DNA of 64,000 nt from an uncultured Isosphaeraceae bacterium (GTDB lineage: Bacteria; Planctomycetota; GCA-002687715): positions 28,613 through 92,612 of the forward strand of contig CAZDQF010000017.1 of assembly GCA_964507445.1 (NCBI GenBank), in the 5' to 3' direction. The notes under the pieces are model-generated. The model made no database searches. It worked only from the letters and a program-made list of their open reading frames with translations, and had not been told where the DNA came from. The translations under genes were made by a program, and so were the position numbers. Positions 54,886 through 64,000 of this stretch are shown one piece after another. How positions within the stretch are numbered: position 1 is the first letter of the stretch; every line of letters begins with the position of its first letter.

Positions 54886-55059
54886 CCGCACGAGCCCCAG
54901 GAGACGACCCCATCCGATCCCCCCAGGAGGGGCTGCCCTCACGGTCGGCCCCCCGTGTCCGCTCCTCAACCCGCAAAACCCTTTGCGTCCGGCGGCCGTA
55001 TCGGTCGATAAACCCATTGGTGGTGGGACCGTGCCCTCACTCGAGGCACGAGGGGAACC

Positions 55060-55980
55060 GTGAGCTTGGACTTCAGTCGCTATCTGTCACCCGCCGGAGA
55101 TCCGGCGGGGAATCGGACGACCTCCATGGTCGCTCCGGCACGTCTGCGATCCGTCCAGGAGCTGGTCCGCCGCCTGCCACCGCTCCCCGGCATGATGTTC
55201 GAGTTGATCACCGAGCTGGGGGAACCGGACGCCGAGATCGACCGGCTGGAAGATCACATCTCCCGCGACCCCACCCTGACCACCCGCTTGCTGAAGATGG
55301 CCAACAGCGCCTTCTTCGCGCCGGCCGTACCCGTGGCCACCGTCGGCCACGCCCTCATGATCCTCGGGCTGGACGCCGCCCGAAACCTGGTCCTCGCCAC
55401 CGCCATGAGGGCCGCCATGGGCGCTTCACGATCCTCGCCGACGCACCAGGGAAGAGAGGTCTTCCGCCACAGCCTCGCCGTCGCCATCGCAGCCCGTCGA
55501 CTGTGCCGACTGCGAGACACCCGTGACCCGCACGAACCCGACCCGTTCGTAGCGGGCCTGCTCCACGATGTCGGCCTGGTAGCCCTCGCGCCGCTCTACG
55601 CCAACGAGGCGGGCGTCCTGGAATCCGCCGGAGGGCTCTCACCGGAGGTGGAACGGAGCGTCCTGGGGATTGACCACGTCCTCGCGGGACGCATGGTGCA
55701 CGCCCACTGGAAACTCCCCGACTCCCTGCTGGACCCGATCCTCGGCCACCACTCCGATCCACGAGACCTGGATGGAGGGTCCACCACCACCATCGTCGCC
55801 CTGGCCGACGCCCACGCGGAGGCCACGGGATGGGAGCCTCACCCGGCCACGAACCGTCACGGCGCCCTGGAGCGGCGAGACGCCATCATCGCCCACGTCG
55901 GTCTCGAACCGGACCGAGTCCATGACGTCCTCGACGGCATGGAGCAGGAGTTCGCCAGCTTCCTGGGGTCCGCGTCATGA
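55060..55980 (+). CDS. HDOD-domain signalling protein
   Basis: …DPTLTTRLLKMANSAFF… and GLLHDVG are characteristic of HDOD. Confidence 0.75.
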   Translation: MSLDFSRYLSPAGDPAGNRTTSMVAPARLRSVQELVRRLPPLPGMMFELITELGEPDAEIDRLEDHISRDPTLTTRLLKMANSAFFAPAVPVATVGHALMILGLDAARNLVLATAMRAAMGASRSSPTHQGREVFRHSLAVAIAARRLCRLRDTRDPHEPDPFVAGLLHDVGLVALAPLYANEAGVLESAGGLSPEVERSVLGIDHVLAGRMVHAHWKLPDSLLDPILGHHSDPRDLDGGSTTTIVALADAHAEATGWEPHPATNRHGALERRDAIIAHVGLEPDRVHDVLDGMEQEFASFLGSAS

Positions 55981-57626
55981 GCTCCGCCGCGGCCCAAGGG
56001 GGCATCGAGGGGGTCCGGGAGCTCTATCTCTCCCTCAACCCGGAGGAGGCTTATCAACGCCTGCGAGAGCTGGCGCCTCAGCTGCTCGGGGCTGAGATTC
56101 GGGGCGCGTACATGGCCGACGAGTCCCGCGGGTTCGTCCTGGACAAGGCGTTCGGCGTCACCGCCGCGCCGCGGACATGGCACCCCACCCGCGATCCCCT
56201 TCCCAGCTCTCTGGACGGGATCATCTTCCGCTACAAGGGGCGGCCCCTGGGCGCGGTTGTCGTAGATATGGCGGCGAGCGTGGATACGTCCGCCGCGCAG
56301 CAGTCCCTGGAGTGGCACTTCGCGCCGGTGCTGTTCCGCACCAGCTGGCTCAACGAGGCCATCGATGAAGTCGCCCAAGCCCGCGACCAGGTGCGCTTCC
56401 TCCTCGAGATGGGCGGCCTGTTGGGTCGCATCGACCTGGAGCCATTGCTCATCAACGTGCTGGAGCTGCTCAGCGACTTCCTGGACGTGCCCATCGGCGC
56501 GGTGGTGCTCCAGGAGGGGGACGAGGAGCCGAGCCTGGCCGTCGACTGGGGCCTCCCCATGACCGTGCTCGAAGGCATCCGAACCAGCTCGGGCACGGAC
56601 CTGCTGCGGTTCGCCCGAGAGCACCAGGAAGCCCACATCTTCACGGACGCGGAGCTGAGCGTGCGAGCAGGTGCGAGATCGCCGGACCGGCTGCTCGTCA
56701 TGCCCCTGGTCTCCAGCACGGGCTACATCGGGACCATCGTCCTGGCGTCCGGCGCCCCCGGCACGCGCCTCTCGGAGGACCTCCTGCACATCGTGGAGCC
56801 GGCGGTCAAGCTGGCGGCCACGGCCATCGAGAACGCCCGCCTGTTCGCCATCAAGCTGCAGCACGAGAAGGAGCAGCAGCAGCTGGCGCTGGCGCGCCGC
56901 ATCCAGGCGGGGCTGCTGCCCAGCACGCCGCCGGAAGTTGACGGCGTCCAGCTGGCGGCCACGTCCGTCTCCGCCAACATGATCGGCGGCGACTACTTCG
57001 ACTACTTCACCCTCCCGGACGGGTCCCTCGGATTGGCCGTGGCGGACGTCGCCGGGAAGGGGATCCCCGCAGGGCTCATCATGACCGCGGCGCGGGCCAT
57101 GTTCCGGACCGCCGCCCTGCAACACGCCAGCCCGGCCGCCATCCTGGACTGCGTCAACCGGAACCTCGCGGAGGAGGAGTTCAGCAACCGGTTCGTCACC
57201 GCCGTGTTCGCCCGCCTGGACCTGCGCTCCGGGGCGTGCACCGTCGCCTGCGCCGGACACGAACCGGCCATGGTGCGTCGCGCCGACGGCGCCATCGAGA
57301 GGGTCGGCGGACCGGCCCTCCCCCTCGGCGTCATGAACGACGCTCGCTACAAGGACCACCAGGTCCACGTCGCGCCGGGGGATGTGCTCGTGCTGTTCAC
57401 GGATGGCGTCACGGAAGCCATGAACGGCGACCGCCAGCAGTTCGGGGTGGAGCGGCTGGAGACGTTGCTCGCCGACGGGCTGCAGGAGGCGGAGGCCGTC
57501 CGGGATCAGATCCTGGCGGACATCTCGGACCACGTGGGATCGAGCCCCCGCCATGACGACACCACCCTGATCGTGGCCAGCATCGTCCCGCCGGACGGGC
57601 GCGGCGCCCTCCTCGAAGCACCGTGA
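55977..57626 (+). CDS. GAF-domain(s) + PP2C/SpoIIE-type Ser/Thr phosphatase (RsbU-like)
   Basis: …SANMIGGDYFDYF…, VADVAGKGIPAG, FTDGVTEA; its start overlaps the HDOD stop (ATGA). Confidence 0.8.
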   Translation: MSSAAAQGGIEGVRELYLSLNPEEAYQRLRELAPQLLGAEIRGAYMADESRGFVLDKAFGVTAAPRTWHPTRDPLPSSLDGIIFRYKGRPLGAVVVDMAASVDTSAAQQSLEWHFAPVLFRTSWLNEAIDEVAQARDQVRFLLEMGGLLGRIDLEPLLINVLELLSDFLDVPIGAVVLQEGDEEPSLAVDWGLPMTVLEGIRTSSGTDLLRFAREHQEAHIFTDAELSVRAGARSPDRLLVMPLVSSTGYIGTIVLASGAPGTRLSEDLLHIVEPAVKLAATAIENARLFAIKLQHEKEQQQLALARRIQAGLLPSTPPEVDGVQLAATSVSANMIGGDYFDYFTLPDGSLGLAVADVAGKGIPAGLIMTAARAMFRTAALQHASPAAILDCVNRNLAEEEFSNRFVTAVFARLDLRSGACTVACAGHEPAMVRRADGAIERVGGPALPLGVMNDARYKDHQVHVAPGDVLVLFTDGVTEAMNGDRQQFGVERLETLLADGLQEAEAVRDQILADISDHVGSSPRHDDTTLIVASIVPPDGRGALLEAP

Positions 57627-57701
57627 GCGGGCTCGGCCGGCGTCCCTCCGGTGATGACAACCGGGGCGCACGGATCGCCCGCGAGTCCGTAGAATGGGCT
57701 C

Positions 57702-59924
57702 GTGACCGCCCGCAACGGCATCCTCGTCCTCGCCCTGTTGACCGCCCTGTGCAGCGGCCAGGAGGTCTCCTTCAATCGTCAGGTCCTGCCGATCCTGTCG
57801 GAGAACTGCTTCCCCTGCCACGGACCGGACCCCACCACCCGGGAGGCCGGGCTGCGTCTCGATCAACGGGTCGCCGCCACCTCCATGGGTGAACGCGGCG
57901 CGGCGGTCGCCCCCGGCGACCCGGACGCCAGCCTCCTGATCCGACGCATCACCGCCACGGACCCGGCGGTCATCATGCCTCCCCCGGGCAGCCACAAGGA
58001 GCTGAGCGACCTCCAGCGGCAGACCCTGCGCCGGTGGATCTCGGAGGGGGCCCCCTATGAGCAGCCCTGGGCCCTCGTCCCCCCACGACGCACCCCCGCC
58101 CCCGCCGTCCGCGATCAGGCCTGGTCCTCCGCTCCCCTCGACCGTTGGCTGCGCGCCCGCATGGAACGCGAGGGGGTGAACCCGGCCCCGCCCGCCCCGC
58201 GACAGACCCTCATCCGTCGGCTCTCCCTCGACCTCACGGGCCTCCCGCCGTCACCGGCGCAGGTCAGGGAGTTCCTCGAGGACACCCGCGACGGCGCTTA
58301 CGAGGCCCTCGTGGATCGGCTCCTGGCTTCGCCCCACTACGGCGAACGCCTGGCCATGTACTGGCTGGACCTGGTGCGCTACGCCGACACCGTGGGGTAC
58401 CACGGAGACCAGGAACACCACATCGCGCCCTACCGGGACTGGGTCATCGACGCGTTCAACGCGGACATGGGCTTCGACCGGTTCACCATCGAACAGCTCG
58501 CCGGCGACCTCCTGGAGCAACCGAGCCCGCAACAGCTGATCGCCACCGGCTACAACCGGGTGCTGCAGACCACTCACGAGGGAGGCGCCCAGGCGAAGGA
58601 GTACCTGACCATCTACGCCGCGGACCGGGTGAGGAACTTCGGTCAGGTGTGGCTCGGCGCGACCACGGGCTGCGCCCAGTGCCACGACCACAAGTACGAC
58701 CCGTACACCACTCGGGACTTCTATCGCCTGGCGGCGTTCTTCGCGGACATCGAGGAGAAGGGGGACTTCGCCGGGAGCCCCAACTCCTCTCCCACCAAGC
58801 GGCCGCCGGAGATGGTCGTGGACGAGGCGTCCGGACGACGCAGCATGATCACCCGGGCCCGCAAGGAGCCGCGCACGGTGCGCGTCCTCCCCCGCGGCGA
58901 CTGGCTGGACGAATCAGGGGAGGTGGTGACCCCTCAGGTGCCGTCCTGCTATGAGCCCCTGGAGGAAGGGCAGGGACGGCTGACCCGCCTCGACCTGGCC
59001 CGATGGCTCGTCTCGGGAGAGCACCCGCAGACCGCCAGGGTCCTGGTCAACCGCCTCTGGTACCTGGTCTTCGGGGACGGCATCAGCCGGACCCTTGACG
59101 ACCTCGGGGCCCAGGGAGAGCCGCCGACCCACCCCGAGCTCCTGGATCACCTCGCCATCCGGCTGGTGGAAGCGAGGTGGAGCCTCAAGACCGTGATCAA
59201 GGAGCTGGTCATGTCCCGGGCCTACCGGCAGTCCTCCAGGGCGGCCCCGGACGAGCTCCGCAGGGACCCGGAGAACCGGCTCTACTCGCGGCAGGGCAGG
59301 TGGCGCCTGCCAGCGGAGATGATCAGGGACAACGCCCTCACGGCCGCCGGCCTGATGGTCTCCCGCGTCGGCGGAGACAGCGTCCGTCCCTACCAACCCG
59401 CCGGGCTCTACCGGCACATGAACTTCCCCCCGCGCAAGTACAAGGTCGACCAGGACGATCGGCAGTGGCGTCGCGGCGTCTACATGCACTGGCAGCGCAT
59501 GTTCCTCCACCCCATGCTCCTGGCCTTCGACGCCCCCACACGGGAGGAGGGCTGCGCCCGTCGCGCCGTATCCAACACGCCTCGAGCAGCGCTCACGCTG
59601 CTGAACGACCCCACCTTCGTCGAGGCCGCCCGACACCTCGCCGCTCGTTGCGCACGGGAAGGGGACACGGATCGGCGACGGCTGCGGCGCATGTTCAGCC
59701 TCGCCACCGGGCGGCTGAGCATGGAGGAACGGGAGGAAGAGGTCCTGCTCGGCCTCCTGAGGCGTCACCGGGAGGCCTACGGACGAGCCCCTAACGCGGC
59801 GGCGGCCCTGCTCGCCGTCGGAGTCAGCCCCGCCCACACCGGACCGGACACGGCCGACCTGGCGGCGTGGACATCCGTGGCCCGCACCATCCTCAACCTG
59901 GACGAGACGATCACGAGGCGATGA
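57702..59924 (+). CDS. Planctomycete-type PSCyt1/DUF1549/DUF1553 protein
   Basis: Signal peptide; N-terminal CFPCHG cytochrome-like motif; a second CAQCHD; DUF1549/DUF1553-typical segments. Confidence 0.8.
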   Translation: MTARNGILVLALLTALCSGQEVSFNRQVLPILSENCFPCHGPDPTTREAGLRLDQRVAATSMGERGAAVAPGDPDASLLIRRITATDPAVIMPPPGSHKELSDLQRQTLRRWISEGAPYEQPWALVPPRRTPAPAVRDQAWSSAPLDRWLRARMEREGVNPAPPAPRQTLIRRLSLDLTGLPPSPAQVREFLEDTRDGAYEALVDRLLASPHYGERLAMYWLDLVRYADTVGYHGDQEHHIAPYRDWVIDAFNADMGFDRFTIEQLAGDLLEQPSPQQLIATGYNRVLQTTHEGGAQAKEYLTIYAADRVRNFGQVWLGATTGCAQCHDHKYDPYTTRDFYRLAAFFADIEEKGDFAGSPNSSPTKRPPEMVVDEASGRRSMITRARKEPRTVRVLPRGDWLDESGEVVTPQVPSCYEPLEEGQGRLTRLDLARWLVSGEHPQTARVLVNRLWYLVFGDGISRTLDDLGAQGEPPTHPELLDHLAIRLVEARWSLKTVIKELVMSRAYRQSSRAAPDELRRDPENRLYSRQGRWRLPAEMIRDNALTAAGLMVSRVGGDSVRPYQPAGLYRHMNFPPRKYKVDQDDRQWRRGVYMHWQRMFLHPMLLAFDAPTREEGCARRAVSNTPRAALTLLNDPTFVEAARHLAARCAREGDTDRRRLRRMFSLATGRLSMEEREEEVLLGLLRRHREAYGRAPNAAAALLAVGVSPAHTGPDTADLAAWTSVARTILNLDETITRR

Positions 59925-61300
59925 TGGATCGACGGTTGTTTCTCAATCAAGCGGGCTTCGGACTCGGCGCCGCCGCCGTCCACTTCCTGGGCGGGCGCCC
60001 GGCTCCAGGCCTGATCGGGCGCAAGCCCGCCCGCGCACGGCGTGTCATCTTCCTCTGCATGGCCGGGGGCCCCTCGCAGCTCGAGACCTTCGACTACAAG
60101 CCGGAGCTCCAGCGTCGAGACGGCGAGCCCATGCCGCCGTCCTTCACCGCGAACCAGCCGATCGCACAACTCCAGGGTCAGAAGCTGCGCATCCTGCGCC
60201 CCCTGGCGAAGTGGGGGCGCTACGGTGAGTCAGGTCAGACCATCTCCCACTGGTTGCCCTGGACCTCCCGCCTGGCGGACGACATCGCCATCGTCCGCTC
60301 CATGACCACCACCCAGATCAACCACGACCCCGCCCACACGGTCATGAACACCGGCACCGCCATCTCCGGGCGCCCCTCCATGGGCTCCTGGATCCAGTAC
60401 GGGCTCGGCACCGACACCCACGACCTCCCGGGGTTCGTGGTGCTGACCTCCGCCAAGGGCCGGAACCCGCAGCCCATCGCCGCCCGGCAGTGGCACTCCG
60501 GGTTCCTCCCATCCCGCTTCCAGGGAGTGGAGTTCCAGTCCAAGGGGGACCCGGTCCACTACCTGTCGAGCCCGCCCGGAGTGACCAGCGATCGGCAACG
60601 GGATGTGGTGGACGCCGTCAACAGGCTCAACGGGCTGCGCAACGAGGTCGAGCAGGACCCGGAGACCGCGGCTCGCGTCGCCCAGTACGAGCTGGCGTTC
60701 CGCATGCAGGCCAGCGTCCCCGGCCTCGCCGACTTCTCGGACGAACCCTCCGAGGTCCTGGACATGTACGGGATCAAGGGGATGGACGGCAGCTACGGGG
60801 CCAACTGCCTGCTGGCGCGGCGTCTGGCGGAGCGCGGGGTGCGCTTCATCCAGCTCTATCACCGGGGATGGGATCATCACGGCGACCTGGATCGCTGGAT
60901 GAAGGTCTGCTGCGGCGCCACGGACCAACCCACCTGGGCCCTGGTGACCGACCTCAAGCGCCGCGGCCTGCTGGACGACACCCTGGTGGTGTGGGGCGGC
61001 GAGTTCGGACGCACCCCCATGTTCCAGGGCAAGGGCAAGACGCCGGGCCGCGACCATCACATCAAGGGCTTCTCCATGTGGCTGTGCGGCGGCGGCATCC
61101 GGGGCGGGGTCACCCACGGCGCGACGGACGAGCTCGGCTACCACGCGGTCGAAGACGTGGTCACCGTCCACGACCTCCACGCCACCATGCTCCACCTGCT
61201 CGGCATCGACCACCAACGGCTGACCGTCAAACACCAGGGCCTGGACATGCGCCTGACCGGAGTGGAGCCCGCCCGGGTGGTGCGCGAGATCATCACCTGA
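59921..61300 (+). CDS. DUF1501-family (sulfatase-like fold) protein with a twin-arginine signal
   Basis: MMDRRLFLNQAGFGLGAAAV Tat-like leader; …HDLHATMLHLLGIDHQRLT…; its start overlaps the upstream stop. Confidence 0.85.
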   Translation: MMDRRLFLNQAGFGLGAAAVHFLGGRPAPGLIGRKPARARRVIFLCMAGGPSQLETFDYKPELQRRDGEPMPPSFTANQPIAQLQGQKLRILRPLAKWGRYGESGQTISHWLPWTSRLADDIAIVRSMTTTQINHDPAHTVMNTGTAISGRPSMGSWIQYGLGTDTHDLPGFVVLTSAKGRNPQPIAARQWHSGFLPSRFQGVEFQSKGDPVHYLSSPPGVTSDRQRDVVDAVNRLNGLRNEVEQDPETAARVAQYELAFRMQASVPGLADFSDEPSEVLDMYGIKGMDGSYGANCLLARRLAERGVRFIQLYHRGWDHHGDLDRWMKVCCGATDQPTWALVTDLKRRGLLDDTLVVWGGEFGRTPMFQGKGKTPGRDHHIKGFSMWLCGGGIRGGVTHGATDELGYHAVEDVVTVHDLHATMLHLLGIDHQRLTVKHQGLDMRLTGVEPARVVREIIT

Positions 61301-61330
61301 TCTCCTCCCCTGGGGCCGCAGGCCGGCGAC

Positions 61331-62746
61331 TCAGGTCAACTCGCGGAGCAACCCACGCAGGGCGCGCTCCGCGGCGTCGGGCTCCCGTCCCTTCATCACG
61401 TCCTTGATGAGCCGCCGCAGTTCGCGGTCCATGGAAGCCCGCAGCCCTCCGTCCGCCACGGACACCACACCCTGCTTCGGCGACCCATCCTGCCCGCAGG
61501 TGAGGACGTCGGAGCGGGCGTGGGCACGGTCCCGGATCGCCGCGTGGTGTACCAGGGCCCGGTCGAGCACCATCCAGGCGAAGCGGGGGCTGGTGGCGGG
61601 CCCCATGGCGAGGAAGCGGCCGGTGTCGCCCGGGAAGAACGCGCGGGCGAGCCTGCTGCTCTCCCCCCAGGAACGGGCGACCCGCGTCCCGCCGAAGAAG
61701 CCCGCGACGCCGCCCGTCGCCGCACCCACGGCCGCCCCCGTCAAGAAAGACAGGCCTCCGGTCATGGCGTCGATGGCCCCGCCGATGGCCGCACCCCAGG
61801 CGGCTCCGTACTGGGACAGCTGCCGACGGGTCAGGCCGAACGCCCGCCAGCTCTCCTCCGAGAACAGGTCCGTCTCATGCATCCCGAGGGCCTGCTCTGA
61901 CCGCCTCACCTGACGGTGCCGGTAGATCCCCTCCACCTCGGTCCGCGCGCTCTCCTCGTGATCTCGCAGCCCCTCCAGGTACGCCCGCTCCAGAGCCTGG
62001 CGATCAGCGTCCGTGGCGGCCCCATCGAGGCGCCGGCGCTCCACGTGCCCGAGGACGCGCGCCATGAGCTCGGCGATCACCGCGGCGGAGCGATCCCGGA
62101 AGGCCTCCCGCTCTTCGCGCATGAAGCCGACGGCGGCGTCCAGGTCCCGGCGCCAGTCCTCCCGCAGGTCCCGGAAGCTCTCCAGCAACCGCACCCGGTC
62201 GTCGAAGCCGGCGCCCTGAGCGTCGAAGGTCCTGACCACGTTGAAGAACTGCTCCAGGTAGGGGCGCCAGGCCTCCGCGCAGTCCCGCTCCCGGGTCTGG
62301 TTGATGAGCGCCATCCCCGCCCGGCCGGTCCAGCGCAGGATCTCCATCTCCGCCTCGTTGGATGGCTGCGGAGGACCGGACGCGTCCACCACGTACAGGA
62401 CGCTCGCTCCGTCCAGGATCGGCTCCAGGAGGCGCACCTCGTCACGAAACCGCGCCTCCCCGCGGTGCTCCTCAACGAAGGAACGCACCACGTCCGGGTG
62501 ATCCACGGCGGAGACGGAGCGGCTCCGCATCCACTTGAGCGCGGCGCGGGCTTCCTGGAACCCCGGGGTGTCGATGACGCGGAACAGCACCCGGTCACCC
62601 GCTGCGAAGGCGTACTCCCCGCTCCGAGCCGTGGTCCCGGGGTCCGCGGAGATGGGGACTTCCGGGTTCTCCGCCAAGGTCGCCACGATGGACGACTTGC
62701 CCTGGTTGACGTTTCCCACGACGACAAAGGCCGGCCCGTCGCTCAT
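61331..62746 (-). CDS. P-loop GTPase with a DUF3482-like C-terminal region
   Basis: G1 GNVNQGKSS and G3 DTPG; the C-terminal Gly/Ala-rich amphipathic stretch is typical of DUF3482. It overlaps the upstream gene by 4 nt. Confidence 0.65.
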   Translation of the reverse strand: MSDGPAFVVVGNVNQGKSSIVATLAENPEVPISADPGTTARSGEYAFAAGDRVLFRVIDTPGFQEARAALKWMRSRSVSAVDHPDVVRSFVEEHRGEARFRDEVRLLEPILDGASVLYVVDASGPPQPSNEAEMEILRWTGRAGMALINQTRERDCAEAWRPYLEQFFNVVRTFDAQGAGFDDRVRLLESFRDLREDWRRDLDAAVGFMREEREAFRDRSAAVIAELMARVLGHVERRRLDGAATDADRQALERAYLEGLRDHEESARTEVEGIYRHRQVRRSEQALGMHETDLFSEESWRAFGLTRRQLSQYGAAWGAAIGGAIDAMTGGLSFLTGAAVGAATGGVAGFFGGTRVARSWGESSRLARAFFPGDTGRFLAMGPATSPRFAWMVLDRALVHHAAIRDRAHARSDVLTCGQDGSPKQGVVSVADGGLRASMDRELRRLIKDVMKGREPDAAERALRGLLRELT

Positions 62747-64000
62747 GCCGTGACCTCGTCGATCCTCAGGTAGGGATCACCCTCGTCGGCCACGCGAGCG
62801 GCCCACGCGTCCCCCTCCGCCTGATCAGGACCCGCCCACCGGTCACCGTCCCTTCTGACCAGCGACACCACCAGCTGGGCCCGGGCCCCGAGGCCGTCCC
62901 GCAGCTCCCGGAGGAAAGAGAAGATCTCCCGCGTCGGCTGCACGCCCACCTCCACGGCGACCACGACCATGGTCACGCCGGCCTCCGCCAGGACCCTGAT
63001 GGCGTCATCGTCCGCGTCCAGGTCAGGGCCGCCGGCGACGACCACGGGCTCCACCACACGATCGAATCTCCGCTGCACCACGTCAGGGAGCCCCGCGACT
63101 CCCTCCGCCAACCGGCCCCAGGTCACGAGGCCCACGGCGCTGGAGACCGGCGGCGCCGCGGCCTCACGTCGCCCGGCCCGGCCCTTCCGACGCCCCCGCG
63201 TCGAAGCGCGCACCTGGTCCGGGTCCGGCCCGGTCCAGCCCGCCGTCGGCGGCAGCAGGCGCTCATACAGCCGTTGGAAGGCGGCGTGGTCCAGGGAGGT
63301 GGTGGCCAGGGATCGCTGCACCCGCCAGCGCCCCAGGGAATAGGCCACCACCCGTGGCAGCAGCCCCCAACAGATCAGGGCCGCCACCAGGAACCGCCAC
63401 CACTGACCGGCCCAACGCCGGACCTCGTCAGGGTCCGCGCCGTCACCGACGAACCGACCGCCCCCTCTCCGCACCCACTGGCTCTGCTCGATCACCTCCG
63501 GCGACGGCACCGCATGGGAGACGCACCAGGACCACGGCGTCGCCACCACGTCGAGGACCGCGCGGACATCCTCCGCGTCCGTGTCCAGGGTGGTGCTCCA
63601 GGAGAACTCCAGGTCCGTGAAGCTGACGAGGGCCAGGGACGTCACCAGGGCGGCGCCGTTGAACACCACCCCGAGCCGTTGCGCCATGGAGAAGAGCAGC
63701 CAGCGCTCCACGTCGCCGTACAGCCGCACCCCGGCCCCAGCACGCAGCTCCGGCGGGCCGTCGTCCGGGGTCTTGAGGACCCGGTCCACCCACCGCGTGC
63801 GGCTGGCCCACACCACCAGCCCCTGCACCCAACCAACGGCGAGGGACGCCCCCAGGGCCCGACGCACGGACATGAGGCAGACCATGAGCACCAGCAGCAA
63901 CGCCTGCAGCAGCACGAACACCGCCATGAAACCGAACACGTTGACCGGAGTGCCGCCGTCGTAGGCGAGGGCAGCGCTCGCGGCGCCGGCCCCCGCGACC
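62743..64000 (-). CDS. DUF2868-like membrane protein, 5'-truncated by the window edge
   Basis: The frame stays open to position 64000 and the N-terminal TM helices are visible. It forms the usual pair with the DUF3482 GTPase. Confidence 0.5.
   Translation of the reverse strand, partial: VAGAGAASAALAYDGGTPVNVFGFMAVFVLLQALLLVLMVCLMSVRRALGASLAVGWVQGLVVWASRTRWVDRVLKTPDDGPPELRAGAGVRLYGDVERWLLFSMAQRLGVVFNGAALVTSLALVSFTDLEFSWSTTLDTDAEDVRAVLDVVATPWSWCVSHAVPSPEVIEQSQWVRRGGGRFVGDGADPDEVRRWAGQWWRFLVAALICWGLLPRVVAYSLGRWRVQRSLATTSLDHAAFQRLYERLLPPTAGWTGPDPDQVRASTRGRRKGRAGRREAAAPPVSSAVGLVTWGRLAEGVAGLPDVVQRRFDRVVEPVVVAGGPDLDADDDAIRVLAEAGVTMVVVAVEVGVQPTREIFSFLRELRDGLGARAQLVVSLVRRDGDRWAGPDQAEGDAWAARVADEGDPYLRIDEVTA

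Overview
This 64 kb window is GC-rich (about 70 %) bacterial chromosomal DNA. I can support about 47 protein-coding genes, several coding tandem repeats, two gene remnants (a transposase fragment and a truncated DUF1501 copy) and a few candidate regulatory palindromes. I saw no rRNA, tRNA or CRISPR array by eye.

Coding strands look like real proteins; the opposite strands produce long R/G/P/A-rich ORFs that I treat as spurious. The ORF track translates GTG, TTG and CTG starts as M, so several starts below are approximate.

Genes supported by recognisable motifs include:
- Amino-acid catabolism: pyrroline-5-carboxylate dehydrogenase, a threonine-dehydratase-like enzyme plus ornithine cyclodeaminase, mmsA plus an omega-aminotransferase, an ALDH7-like dehydrogenase and a DSD1-type PLP enzyme.
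- Central metabolism: fbp, tkt and trmB.
- Transport and signalling: a MATE efflux pump, a MoxR ATPase, and an HDOD protein paired with a GAF/PP2C phosphatase.
- Other pairs: a DUF1549/DUF1553 and DUF1501 pair of the kind described mainly from Planctomycetes, and a GTPase/DUF3482 with DUF2868 pair.

The most unusual locus is a roughly 14 kb minus-strand cluster at 31.7-45.6 kb. It encodes three multiheme c-type cytochromes with 42 CxxCH motifs in total: a 10-heme lipoprotein with a C-terminal LVIVD beta-propeller, a 17-heme protein, and a 15-heme protein. It also encodes an outer-membrane beta-barrel-like lipoprotein, a 5-TM His-rich membrane protein, a cytoplasmic protein with two cNMP-binding domains plus 4Fe-4S ferredoxin domains, and three FHA (phosphothreonine-binding) domains. 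One FHA domain is fused through a transmembrane helix to the 15-heme cytochrome. I read this as a candidate cell-envelope-spanning electron conduit with cytoplasmic phosphothreonine and cyclic-nucleotide inputs. This reading is inference from the sequence only.

Other points worth a second look:
- A DUF3179 lipoprotein gene carries a single in-frame TGA at a position where homologues, as I recall them, have a conserved Cys. A hairpin follows the TGA, so it may be a selenocysteine codon.
- A bacterial type-IIB topoisomerase (topo VI, subunits A and B) has Lys-rich, histone-H1-like N-terminal tails on both subunits.
- An operon encodes a SAM methyltransferase, a histidine phosphatase and a 1300-aa LtaS/sulfatase-like membrane protein with a long HEAT-like extension.
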